Shown here in pieces: positions 12,785 through 25,815 of a stretch of DNA of 64,000 nucleotides. Position 1 is the first letter of the stretch. Each line of letters opens with the position of its first letter. The DNA is taken from NCBI RefSeq assembly GCF_009914755.1, contig NC_060936.1, one strand, 5' to 3'. The stretch is from the human T2T-CHM13v2.0 reference genome, Homo sapiens. A program made the translations under genes and the position numbers. A model generated the notes under the pieces. The model saw nothing but the letters and a program-made list of their open reading frames with translations, was not told the origin of the DNA and searched no databases.

Positions 12785-13029
12785 CTAAAGACAAGTCTAA
12801 TTTTTCTTTTTCTATACTTCCAAATTTTCTTATGCTTAAAATATCTAAATGTTACATATTATATAAATTATGTTAAATATTACCTTATATAATACTAAAT
12901 ATAAGTTTTCATTTATAACTTTATATTCTCTATTAAAGACCCTTGCTAAATAAACCTCCTCCCACAATGACCAAGCTCTTATATTTCTTCAGTTTTTAGA
13001 TTGCTTTTCTTGTATATGTTTGTTCTAAC

Positions 13030-13905
13030 CTGAAAAGCTTTTCCTTCTTCACCTTGTTTGAAATGTAAAATCTTCAATACTCTATTACTGCAGGTCTACC
13101 ACATTATATATTTTGTAAATGATCTAGGCCCCTTGATTCTCTTTTTTTTTTCTCACTGTTCATGTTCTTATTTATTGGCCTTTCTTTTGTTTATTTAGAC
13201 TTCCTTCAGAGGATAGTTTAGAAAATGAAAATTAATTGCCATCCAAATCCAGTTCTTTCATGCTTGTTACAATTTCTAATAAAAAGTCTGCTAGAACACA
13301 GAGTAGATAAAAATGTCTGCATTTCTGGCCATAAATAAACAGGCTCTCTCTGTTTAAACTAATGGTAATGCTACATCATTGTGGGAGCCTAGATTTTTGG
13401 TTTTCTTAATGCATGTAACAGTTTTGCACTGTTATAATCATATTTTCAAAGAAGTGGTCGCCAGTAAAGATGCGATAAAACCCAGGCAATTAATTTGGTA
13501 CCCTGGTCTAAACCAACATATTCTCTGCAATTATACAGAATTGAGTTAGTTTACCTATCAATACTAATAAAACAACAATTAAGGACTATAAGGGTAAATA
13601 TTTTAATAATATATTTATTACCCTTTTGATTATAAGCCTATGATCCAAAATATTCTACTCTAGCATTAAACGACTTGTTTCATTTTGCCATTTTTCTATA
13701 ACCATCATCAACGATAACAAAATCAAGAACTCCAGTAGATGCAATTTATTTTAGGAGGGCACAATCCAAAGCTAAAAACAACCCTCATGTGTCCTCACCA
13801 CAGAGGCTAGCCACACACCTGCTGATACTGCAGCAAACTCTAAGCTTGTAAGTGAAAGTCTATTTTAACTCTTCACCACTCTTAAATTATATTGTATTGC
13901 TGCTC
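13030..13905 (-). pseudogene. Large pseudo-exon with one near-complete RGS domain and the start of a second
   Basis: Strong acceptor catttctttctcttctgtttcttatcctgctttag|GAG at 13905. RGS-like frame at 13440-13781 has 5 stops. Second motif LLHALRKP...VYLWPEMQTF at 13311-13421. 3' end uncertain (possible CAG|gttaga near 13030). Confidence 0.75.
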
Positions 13906-14104
13906 CTAAAGCAGGATAAGAAACAGAAGAGAAAGAAATGTTGTAAATGTCTTGATATTTATCTATGTGTCTCAAAAAAACTTTAGTCATGAATCTTATT
14001 TTCTTTAAAATCTGATATTAAAGTTTAGAATCATTACACCATGAACATATTTTCTAGCTAACTACTAAATATCTTAGGTGAAATACATTTTTATTCTTGA
14101 CTAC

Positions 14105-14799
14105 CAGTGAGTGCATCATAGTTAAAGTCAATAGCCAGGAAGTACTAAAAAGACCATTATATTTCAATCCCTGTAATATTACATAAGTCCATCTTTGATT
14201 GGCTAAAGTTCCTAATTAATGATATTCTTTGTATCACAAGAGCGCTTTAGTTCATATCAAAACACCCAGAAGAATTTGATCAAAATAACTACTTTGTCCA
14301 GCATAACCAAATGCATGGTTTTGGGTGAAGAAATTTTCAGCTGTTGAAGGTTATTTTTTCCAAATATTCTTTTTCACATTAAAATCTTAGCTATAACACA
14401 TAATTTTTTCTTCGTAAATGGAATATATCAAGTATAATTTAACTTTATGAATTTAAATAGTATCTCTACTATAGATATGTGATTACTTTAGAAGATATAG
14501 ATTTATAAATCTGTTTGTTTCTGTAAATTGTTGTCTGTCTTTAGTACTTTTGTCCCTATAACCTTGAATTTGCCATTTGCTTGTTTCTCTGCAATCAAAA
14601 TAACAGAGATATTTACCAAAAATATACATTTCTACTCTTGACCTTTTGAATAAGAATCTATGGATAAAGATGGCAATATACTTCAATTATATCTTAAATA
14701 TATTTCATTATACTTCTAGTTTTATTCAACCAAAGACAATTTATAATAAAACAATGCTTGCAAATAGGAATTTTCTATATACTGCTATGAATTTTAACC
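14105..14799 (-). pseudogene. Pseudo-exon with a degenerate RGS-like repeat
   Basis: Acceptor gtgctttttgcttctctttttaag|G at 14799. Pieces HRFL / QKVKSRNVYFW / RDKSTKDRQQFTETNRFINLYLLK*S; 3' end uncertain. Confidence 0.5.
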
Positions 14800-15070
14800 C
14801 TTAAAAAGAGAAGCAAAAAGCACCTAAGAACTGCATATAAAGGGTGGATTGTGGGAAAGTAATGACACCTGCAACTGATAAAGAAAAGCATTCCACCCTC
14901 AGGAGTGGCCAAGAGAAACTTTACCAAAGAAAAGTGAAAAGAGAACACCCAGGCATAAAAGATTTGAGACCAAAAATGTTGACAGTTCTTTGAGAGGGAA
15001 AATGGGGAGTCCCAATAAGAAAGAATTACCTCCATAGAGGCATGTTTTTAGTAGAGAAAAACACAAATGT

Positions 15071-15403
15071 GTCCAGGAGCAGTAGCACATATGAGCTATA
15101 GCACATACAGGCTCATGTCTGTAATCCCAGTGCTTTGGGAGCCCAAGGCAGAGGGATTGCTTGAGGATAGAAGTTTAAGACTAGCCTGGGCAACATAGAG
15201 ACCTCGTCTCCATAAAAAATACAATACACAAAAATTAGCCAGGTGTGATGCTGTGTGCATGTGGTCCTAGCTACTCAGGAGGCTAAGGCGGGAGGATCCC
15301 TTTAGCCCAGGAGTTCCAGGTCACTGAGCCATGATTATGCCACTGCTGTTGGGTCTGGGCAACAGAGTGAGATCCTGTCTCAATAAAAAAATTAACAAAA
15401 AAA
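15071..15403 (+). mobile_element. AluJ
   Basis: Sense dimer (ggattgcttgagg..., ggatccctttagcccagg) with a small insertion near its 5' end. Confidence 0.9.
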
Positions 15404-15462
15404 CAAGTATGTAAACGTTTCAGAGAATTTGATTACTAGGGTTTTACACGTTTTTGTTTACA

Positions 15463-18362
15463 TGATAATATGCCAGTGGCAGGACGTTGGGAGTGGCCAC
15501 TGCCATCACACCAGATGTAAGGGGAAGCTCTGCCTGGTGGTGACAGGAGAACCTGTGGGAGCAGCAGTGGCAAAAGTGGGATCCCTGTGACCCCCGTCCC
15601 CTGTGCCCCCGTGTTCCTGAGGCAGCCGTCTGCACCACCCCTACCCTCGTTCAGCAGGCAGGACCGCAACCAGGCCTGGCACCTCCGTGTCTCTAGATCC
15701 TGGCCCTGTGTCACTGCTCTCACCCACTGCCGCTGCAGGAGGGCATGAGGACAAGGTGGACAGTCCCCAGAGCCTGCCCCTGGGAGCCCCCCAGAGCCCT
15801 CCACGATGGGGCAGGTAAGAGTCATCTGCAACTGTGGGGACAGACAGTGTGGATGGGCATGGAGGAGCGGACAGAGAGCAGCCCCGAGGTAAAGCTGGGC
15901 CCCGGGTGGTGCCGCACTTGCATATGGAGCATGGGGGCCAACCTGGGGTGCAGAGTTGTGGCCACACTTTGGGGACCCAGGGAGGCAGGTGGGCGTGGAG
16001 CCTGCTTCTGAGACCTGGCCAGTGGCATGGCCACTGCATCCATCTGGCTTGAGGAGCTACCAGATGTGGGCTCCCTAAAGCACTACATGTCTTCTCTCCT
16101 TCTCTTCACCCACAATGTGGCAAGCAAGGGGCATGTTTCATCAATGGTTGTATTACAGCTTTTTCAGCCTCGCCATTCAGTGAGTCCTGAGTTCTTGTCC
16201 TGAAAGCAGGAAGAATGAGGTACGCAGACACGTGGAGGGTCAGCAAGACAAAGAGGAGCTTTACTGAGCAATAGAACACCTCAGAGAAGACCTGCAGTGA
16301 GCAGCTCCTCTCCACAGCCAGGTGTCCTGATGAGTGTTGAGCACCTAGCAGAGAGGGTAGCCAATCTCTGTAGCTGGCTGTCCAATAGTCTGCAGCTTTC
16401 AGCAGAGAGGAGTGCACAGAATGGGTGACTCCTCTCTACAGGCAGGTCATCCTGTCATCTCTGCAGCTCTCAGCAGAGAGGGTAGCTCCTCGCCACAGCT
16501 GGTCAACCCATCATCTCTGTCTTCTGCTCTGTTCTGGCTGAGACCAGGGTTTTTATGGGCCTCAGAGGGGAGGAAGTGCATGCTGATTGGTTCATGGGTG
16601 GCCATAAGTGGGCCTGGAAAAGGCACCACAAGTCCCCACTGAAGGTGTGCCCTGAAGGTGGGGCCTCACCAGGGACCTACCCCCGTCTGCCCAGGAGCTT
16701 GTCTGCCTCCTGCTGCCTTCCATGGTGCCCAGGCTGCTCACACCAAGGGGCATCTGCAGGCCAGTGCTGAGCTGCCCTCAGCACTCCCTCAGCTTCCCCT
16801 CCATGCTTGTCAGTGCCCAAAATCTGGAGGCGGCTGAGTGGCAGGGGGCTCAAGTGTTAGTGCTGCCCCGAGTGTGTGCACACCCAGCTTGGTTGTGACA
16901 GTGTCTGGGCTTGGCTCCAACCTTGCTCCAAGATAAGAGAGGGCACTGGGAGTGGGCAGAGGCCAGGCAGCAGGAGCAAACACCCCCAAACCTGCAGGGG
17001 CAGCAGGGGGCTTTGCAGGTCCCCAAGGGTGCAGACTACAGAGATGCCCGAATACTGCACCTGGGAAGATGGGGGTCCCGCCCACCTGTCTTGTGACTCT
17101 GACCATGGGGTGCCTCCAGGAGCAGATCACAGGCCCTGGCCCAGCCATAGGGAATGTCAGGCTCAGCAGTCATCTCGATGGAAGGCAGACCCTGGGGACA
17201 TGGCCCCAGGTGACCCTGTACAGGGTCTCCTCCCGAGATGCAGGAACACGGTGCCCTCAGTGGGGTGGGCCTGGTGACCACACTGCTGGCCAAGTCCCCA
17301 AAGCGAGCACTCTCCCACTTCCTGTGCCAGGTCCCCAAAGCACAGCCCCAGCTCAGCACCCCAGGCCCAGCACCCACTTTCTGTGTGCAAGTGTGGCAGT
17401 GCCCTGGGCTCAGCTCTGTCTTGGGGCCCTTCTCTGCCCAAGTGCACTGCTCCCCCACAGGTGGGCAAGTCGGCCCAGCCTGATTATGGTGGCCCCCAGC
17501 GCAGCAGGCTCCAGGGATTATCTGCTTTCTCCCCACACCCTCCTCGCAGCAGCAGCATGTGAGAGTAGTGGCATGGGCCTGGGGTCCAGAGCGATGGACA
17601 CTCCAGGCCTGGGGCAGGTCCCACCTGGCTATATGAGGGTGAGGGCAGTGCAGTTGGCTCCCTCAGGGATGTGAAGAACAGGGGATGTGGGGCACAGGGG
17701 TCCCGCTGCCCTCCTCACTGCTCCTCCTGCAGCCATTCCTGCCCCCACACTCACGACTCCCTGCTGCAGCAGGCACGGTGGCGTTTTCCTCTGAGCTGTT
17801 CTATTGCTCAATAAAGCTCCTCTTCATCTTGCTGAACCTCCACTTGTCTGTGTACCTCATTCTTCCTGGATCACAGGGCAAGAACTCGGGACCCACCAAA
17901 TGGCGGGGCTAAAAGAGCTGTAACACAAACAGTGCTGAGACATGCTCCTTGTGGGCAAAGAGAAGGAGAGAAGAGCTGTGTCCCTTCAGGGATCCCAGAC
18001 CTGGAAGCTCCCCAAGCCAGGGCTGTGACTCCCTCTTTCGGGCCCTGCAGTTCCTGGCATCTTCAAGCTTCTAGGCACCACTGTGTTTCCCGGTGCCAGC
18101 TCTGGAAGCTGCTTGTGGTGCACCTGCTCATGTCTGACTGCACAGTGGCTGGACTCCATGCTCACTCACACACACCTTGCCATTCCATGCCTTACTCTCC
18201 TTTGGCAGGCCTGGGATCCAGGCTGGTAGCATGAGCTGAGTACAGCCTGCCATGCCAAGTGGGTGGAACGAACCCAGTGGATCTGAGCAAAACTCAGGCA
18301 AAGGCGCCACTGGCCACAGGGGTTTTCAGCCAGTAAAGCAATACTCCAAAGATCCTGTAACA
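15463..18362 (+). mobile_element. MER52-type ERV1 LTR composite with an inverted MER52 segment (~16044-17070)
   Basis: GC-rich; ends ...ggccacaggggttttcagccagtaaagcaatactccaaagatcctgtaaca as in MER52. Segment 16044-16284 is the reverse complement of 17791-18020. Confidence 0.8.
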
Positions 18363-18730
18363 GTAATTTGGAATGTTTTTTAGTATCTCTCCAATATATC
18401 ATAGTTTTGGTTATGTTCAGTGAAATTAAATTTAAAATGAGATTTTTTTTAAACATGCCATATTTTTAGTGGTTGCAAGGTTTTTTACATTATAATAGTC
18501 ATCTTTATTAGTAGCATCAGATATGTCATTATCCAAATTGCATTCCCTAAATATATAACTCCATATATTAGTGCCTGATTTCATTTTACCCACTTGTTGA
18601 TCTATTTCTGCAAATCATATGAAACTTAGATTACTGTTATCAGTTTTAATCATGTGTTCAATACCACATCTTTTTTATTTCTATATTGTACACATTTATC
18701 TAGTTACTCAGATCTCTCCCAGAGTGTGAG
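18363..18730 (-). pseudogene. 5' part of a pseudo-exon split by MER52 and AluJ
   Basis: Pyrimidine tract with a mutated acceptor (ttttcccgg|CTC). Frame ...KYGMFKKNLILNLISLNITKTMIYWRDTKKHSKL runs up to the LTR boundary. Confidence 0.45.
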
Positions 18731-20135
18731 CCGGGAAAATAAGCAAAATGAAAAATTACATTAATAATTAGCCAATTTAGCTAATTAATAACTATGGTAA
18801 GAATCAAAAGTCGAAATTTTTTGGACACAATTAAACTTGTGGCTTTATTAATTTTTCATATAAACCTAATTGCCAGAACAAATATGTTAATTTGTTAGAA
18901 AGTCCCAATATGTAAACAATTCCTACATATTTTATTAACTGAAATTAAATAATCATCCAGCAAAAAGGCTGTTCATAACTAATGATCTAGAGCAAAGTTA
19001 TGCAGTACCTAACCCTTATGCGAAGAATTTGGTTGCAATGAAAGTCATACAAACAAAACAATAAACTTTATTTATTTTCTTGCTTTGCAAACATATTTCA
19101 TATCTCTTTCCACACTATACTATCCATCATTATTAAAATAATTTCCTAAGCATCTGTTAAAAATAATCTACATCACAACATTTCTGTGGGATATTTTAAA
19201 ATAAAAAAATTGTTTAACTTTTATACAGATGAATGTATGTAAAATATATGCACGAAGTCATTGCAATCCATCAAAATCTACTTGTTAATTATATTTTTAT
19301 AAGCTCTACTAATATACTCATAGTGTTTACTATAATAGGGTTGTTTAGTTAAAATACATAAAAATCAAAATTAATACAGTTACATTTAAAACATTTTCAA
19401 AAATTCAAAGTACTGATTCTCCAAAGGATAATTAAAAGTCTTAAAAGAAAAAAATCCAATATCTGAAGAAAAACCCATCTTCATTTCAGTATATTCATTT
19501 TTAAAAGTCTGGCTTTAAAGACGTTCTGTAATCATTAGGGTCCCATTAAATATACAGCAGGTGTTCAGAGATTTGGCTATTTAAGATTTAAAGTGCAATA
19601 AGGTACCTGAGCCAAATAAGCCACGGGACTTGACTTACTCCCTGACCATATGAGAGTTTCCCCTATGGCCAAATTTGCCTTCTGGAACAAAATTTACCCT
19701 CAACTGAACCTTTTCAACTGTACGAGCTGTAGATAAGACCCTTCTTTCTAAGTTTAGAATCCTAAACAGATTGAGCTGCATCTCTTAAAGCACTCTTGAA
19801 ACCTCTGATGAGAAGTCATGCCTAACTTCTGACAATTAAAGCAGTTTTTCTGGCTATTGTGTATTGTAAGATGGCCAGCTAATTCCTTTATGTTTATTAA
19901 AGATATGTCCTTAGCAATTCCATAGTGTCTTCCCTATGCCAAGATTTAAATAGATCCAGCCCAGTCATATGCAGCACAGCACTGGCAACACACAAAAAGC
20001 TCTATTCACCTTCTTCCCTAATCTACATCTTTCTTGCATCCTACTCTGCCCTGATCATATTTCTCAGGGACCAAATGGACACTTGTTGCTATGGCCACTT
20101 CGGGTGTAATATCTACTGTTCAGTCAGTGACATCC

Positions 20136-21076
<941 letters not shown>

Positions 21077-21683
21077 GTACAATTCCATGCTATCTCACTA
21101 ATTAATATGTACGTCCCTTTAGTTCATCAACACGCATCACCAGGTAACGAGTTCTCTTTCTATCTGCTCCAGATCCACTTGCTGCCAATCCAAAGAGGGG
21201 AGTTAAATAACTCTTTCTTCTTTGTTAGCATAAAGCTAAATTAAATCTGGTATTAATTCTATAGTAAAAATATTCTATCAAAAAACAACATAGTAATAAA
21301 AATTAGTTTTATTTGTTAAGTAAAGCAAATGAAGAATTCAAAATATTATATAAATAGATGTTGTGATCCATCTTTCCCAAATTTGACAAATATTCTCTGA
21401 ATTCTAAAAAGCTCACCTTTTAACTAAATAGGTGTAAAAGTTAATATAAGCTTTGCAAGGTAGTGTACAGCACAACATATATAAATTTAATAATTAGAGA
21501 AACATTTTGTAAAAATGATTTTCATAATCTGTAGACAGTTCTCTATAATTATTTTGTGATTTACAAAATAATTTTTCATATATTTAGAATATTAAAAATG
21601 TGGAATAAATGAAACCATGAGACCCTGTTTGGCAGAACTGTAAACAATTTTCTGACTTATCACTGGGTCCTACAACCTCTCAC

Positions 21684-21945
21684 CTCTGTTATTTCTATAT
21701 CTATTTGAATATTACAACTCCAGAAATGTAATGTTTTGGAAAGAGAAGATCATTTGGCAGTGCGACTCTTCCTGGAATTTATAGCAGACTAATACATTTC
21801 TACAACTAAGTAAAGACTCAGGAATATCACTCAGGCATCCTTATGGGTGGCATAGATTGCATCATAGTATTTCAAAGAACTACAGACTCTATTTAATTCT
21901 GTCATAGTCGAAAATTCTAAAAGTCGTAGAAGATTTAATTTTAAT
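21684..21945 (-). pseudogene. Candidate pseudo-exon (262 nt)
   Basis: Branch-like ctaat plus gtctttcaattatttgtcatgtag|ATT...ACAGAG|gtgaga. Opens LKLNLLRLLEFSTMTELNRVCSSLKYYDAIYATHKDA*. Confidence 0.5.
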
Positions 21946-22099
21946 CTACATGACAAATAATTGAAAGACATTAGAAATGGAGTGAGATACTGTTCTCCAA
22001 ATTTTGATTTGAACAAATGAATCTGCATTTGCTCAAACGGACAGTTAGGAATGGCAAAAGTGTTTCACAGGCTGTATTCACCTATACACTTACCACATG

Positions 22100-24360
22100 T
22101 AGCTAATATCCATTATTTCAGAATATATAACTAGGAAAAAAGTAACAAGTCTACTAAAATAATTTGAAGCACAAGTGAAAGAAATCATTACTCTGAAAAC
22201 TCAGAATAAAGGAATACCCAAACTATTTACAGCAAGAAATAAAGAACATTTTAGGAATCATGTGTTTGGGTCAATAGGAATAATTAAGTAATAAATAGAA
22301 TAGAGAAGATAGTTTCAATAAAAATTAGATCAAAAGGAACAAGTTAAAAATGGTAAAATAAAGACAAAGGATTGTAGTCCCTAAAATAAGAAAAGAATGC
22401 AAACATACCATGAAATGAATGCAGAAGATTATTAAAACGTGTGTTGGTATGAGTAAGGAGAAGACACGATGCTGCAGAACATGGAAACACGCATGTTAAA
22501 ATACCTCAAAAAAGTTAGAATGCATAAAGAGAAGAAAAAAAAAGAAAAAATGCTTGGCATAAAGTATAAAAAACAAGAACCAATCTGTAAATTATAGTCA
22601 TACCTACGGTTGTCAGAAAAAAATACATTATCTCTCTCTTCCTTTCTTCTTTCCTTCCTTCTTTTCATCCTTTCCTTCTTTTTTATTAATTGATTGCTAC
22701 ACCTGGCAACCCTAGTTGTATTTAAAAGAATCAATGAAGGTGGGGAGGAAGGCCAAATAAAATAAAAACAGCAACGAATGAACTTTGCTGTACTATAAAA
22801 GAGCAATATAACTCACTGAAGGGGCACGAGGAAAATAAACATAAATAACGTTGGAAAACTGTATTTTGACTATACTCTCTAAGGCTAAACATAAAAAAAG
22901 AACTCTCCACAAATATTGTACCCTAGTTGGTAGGTTTTTTACAGAAATATGGGTTAACAATTCTAAGGTCATTTTATGTATATTCTAGGTTTAAGCAAAT
23001 AACTATACAGTGTACAATGAGAGCAGGTTCCTTACTATTGTAGAAAAGAGTCATAAATAAGAAAATACAAAGGGCTAGAATGTACCCTGTGGTATTAGAC
23101 ATGTATTGGAAGTATCAGTATAAAGTCAGTTTTATATTTACTTACACATACACATACACACATATATACATATACTATATATAGATGAAGATGTATACAC
23201 ACTAATTTTATGTTGCACTCTCTTTTTTCAGGGAAAAACCCCTCTATTATGAGGAAAATGTGTTAACCAAAATAAATGAGTAAAAGGAAAAAGACATAAC
23301 ATCTAGGATGTAGGAAACCAACACAGCTGTGAGGCTAAGGCAATTGCCAGCATAAGAGTAAGGAGAAGCACAAAGATAAGAATTGTGCACGAGGCTTAGT
23401 GATCAACCAGTTCTGATAAGAAAAGAAGGATGTAGGATTCCAGGAATATGTTTAAGAGAAAAAAATTGATCTGTTGGATCATCTGATTTTTTTTTTATAT
23501 TGAGAGGATTACATCTCTGGCAAAAAGACGTGGGGAAATTATTACTAGATAAAAAGAAACATATTAAAAGTGAAGCTGTTATTAATTCTAATAAAATTTT
23601 AAAAGATACACTGGAAAAGACAAGTAATTACAATGTTTGACATCATGTTTCTCGAGAGCATATTCGATACAAAATGATCATAGAATATAAATTTTAAATA
23701 CAAGAAAAATAACTTTGAGCTTATAACTTTATGTCTAGCTAAATTATTATTTGAAAATCAGGGCATAATAAAAATATTTCCATGTATTCCTGAGATGATT
23801 GATCTCATGAACATCTACCCTGAAGACATGTTGGATGAAGTCCTCAGATAATAAGGGAAACAAATCCAGAGGATGTGGGAAAAGTAACAGTATTCAATAA
23901 GAATTTTTTTTTAATTAAGGTCAACTACCATAAAAATAAAGAATACATAAGCTGGCAGAATAAAATTTCATCTATTCAATGGAAAACAGAATAGAGAGAA
24001 ACAATAACACAGAAAAGTATAGTAATTGAAAACTTTTACAATTACACTCTAAGACAGAATGAAAAATAAAATAATATTGAGGTATATATTGCTGTCAAGT
24101 GACACACATATAAAAAGCAATAGTGGGACTGAAGATAAAGGGATTTAAAAAAGAATAGGCTAAAATGACATCAGCCTAGCAATCTTAATATCTGAAAAAA
24201 ACAAAGTCAAAAATAACATAAAACACAGAAAGATATTATATGCTTGTAAACCGAAAAGTAGGGTAGAAAGATACAACTACCATAGTAGCATAGGTACCTA
24301 AAAATTCAGCTTCAAAATACATCAAGCAAAAGTTAGTATGATAGAGAGATGTTAATACCC
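22100..24360 (+). mobile_element. Old L1M fragments (ORF1/ORF2-start remnants and 3' pieces)
   Basis: A-rich sense strand with L1-like motifs (gcttcaaaatacatcaagcaaaa; tatgtctagctaaattattatttgaaaat); approximate. Confidence 0.55.
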
Positions 24361-24366
24361 TTAAAT

Positions 24367-25114
<748 letters not shown>

Positions 25115-25363
25115 AGAATGCACCTTCTTTTCAAGCACACATAGAATATTTATGAAATAATACATTCTAAGCCCCAAGAAGGAAGCTTCAAAAATAAATA
25201 AAAGCAAGAAAGAAGATTCAACATTTCAATATTATCATATTAAACTGCATATTCATTTTTAAAGAATAATTTAAAAATCACTATGTATGAAAACCACATA
25301 ATATAAAATAACCTGTGGGTTTAAGAAAGGAATAAATAACTAATTGAAAAGTAGTAATAAATC

Positions 25364-25815
25364 TGTGAAAATAAATGAAGACCACCCAAATAAGACCAAG
25401 CAAAGGTGATTTATTTGAGCTTGCAAAGGAGTCAGTCACTCACTCGCATTTGGTAGAGATTCAAAGGCAGACAAAGTGAAAAAAAGTTATAGTGGAAAAA
25501 AGAAGACTTCAGGTGTCTCCCGATTAGAAGCTGTTGACATAAGGAAGCTGGAGGTGGGATGCATATTTGGCTTCCCTTGGTTGATCTTAAGTTGAAGGTA
25601 AAACAAAATTAGGAAAAACATAGGGAACATGAAAGTTATTTAATCAACTCCTGGCTATGTTCGGGTCAATTGCTATGAAGGTTGTGGTTTCACTTCCTGG
25701 ACAATTGGCTACAGAGGTTATGATTTGGCTTCCTGAGCTGGTTGCTGCAGACTGTGGGTCTGGGTTCTGTTTTCACATATAGTCTAGTCACAGTCCATTA
25801 AAATATTCAGTCTCT
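25364..25815 (-). mobile_element. ERV1 LTR, MER67-like
   Basis: tgtgaaaataaatgaagaccacccaaataagaccaagcaaagg...tttatt...agagattcaaaggcag resembles MER67/MER31-group LTRs. Confidence 0.55.

Noticed and set aside
13525-13621. Apparent small intron (G|gtaata ... actaac ... tgcag|) inside the RGS-like exon
   Set aside because: Reading straight through keeps the frame and supplies the middle RGS motifs (KYIIKIF, ISID..T). Splicing it out shifts the frame and removes them.
15436-18310. Dense cluster of overlapping ORFs up to 240 aa and CpG-island-like GC content
   Set aside because: All lie within the GC-rich MER52 LTR composite. Stop-poor composition explains them and no protein family is recognisable.
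19000-19560. Possible further RGS-like motif (SDIGFFSFKTF / GESVL) on the minus strand
   Set aside because: Too degraded and no clear splice boundaries found, so it is not listed as an exon, though it is compatible with the pseudogene model.
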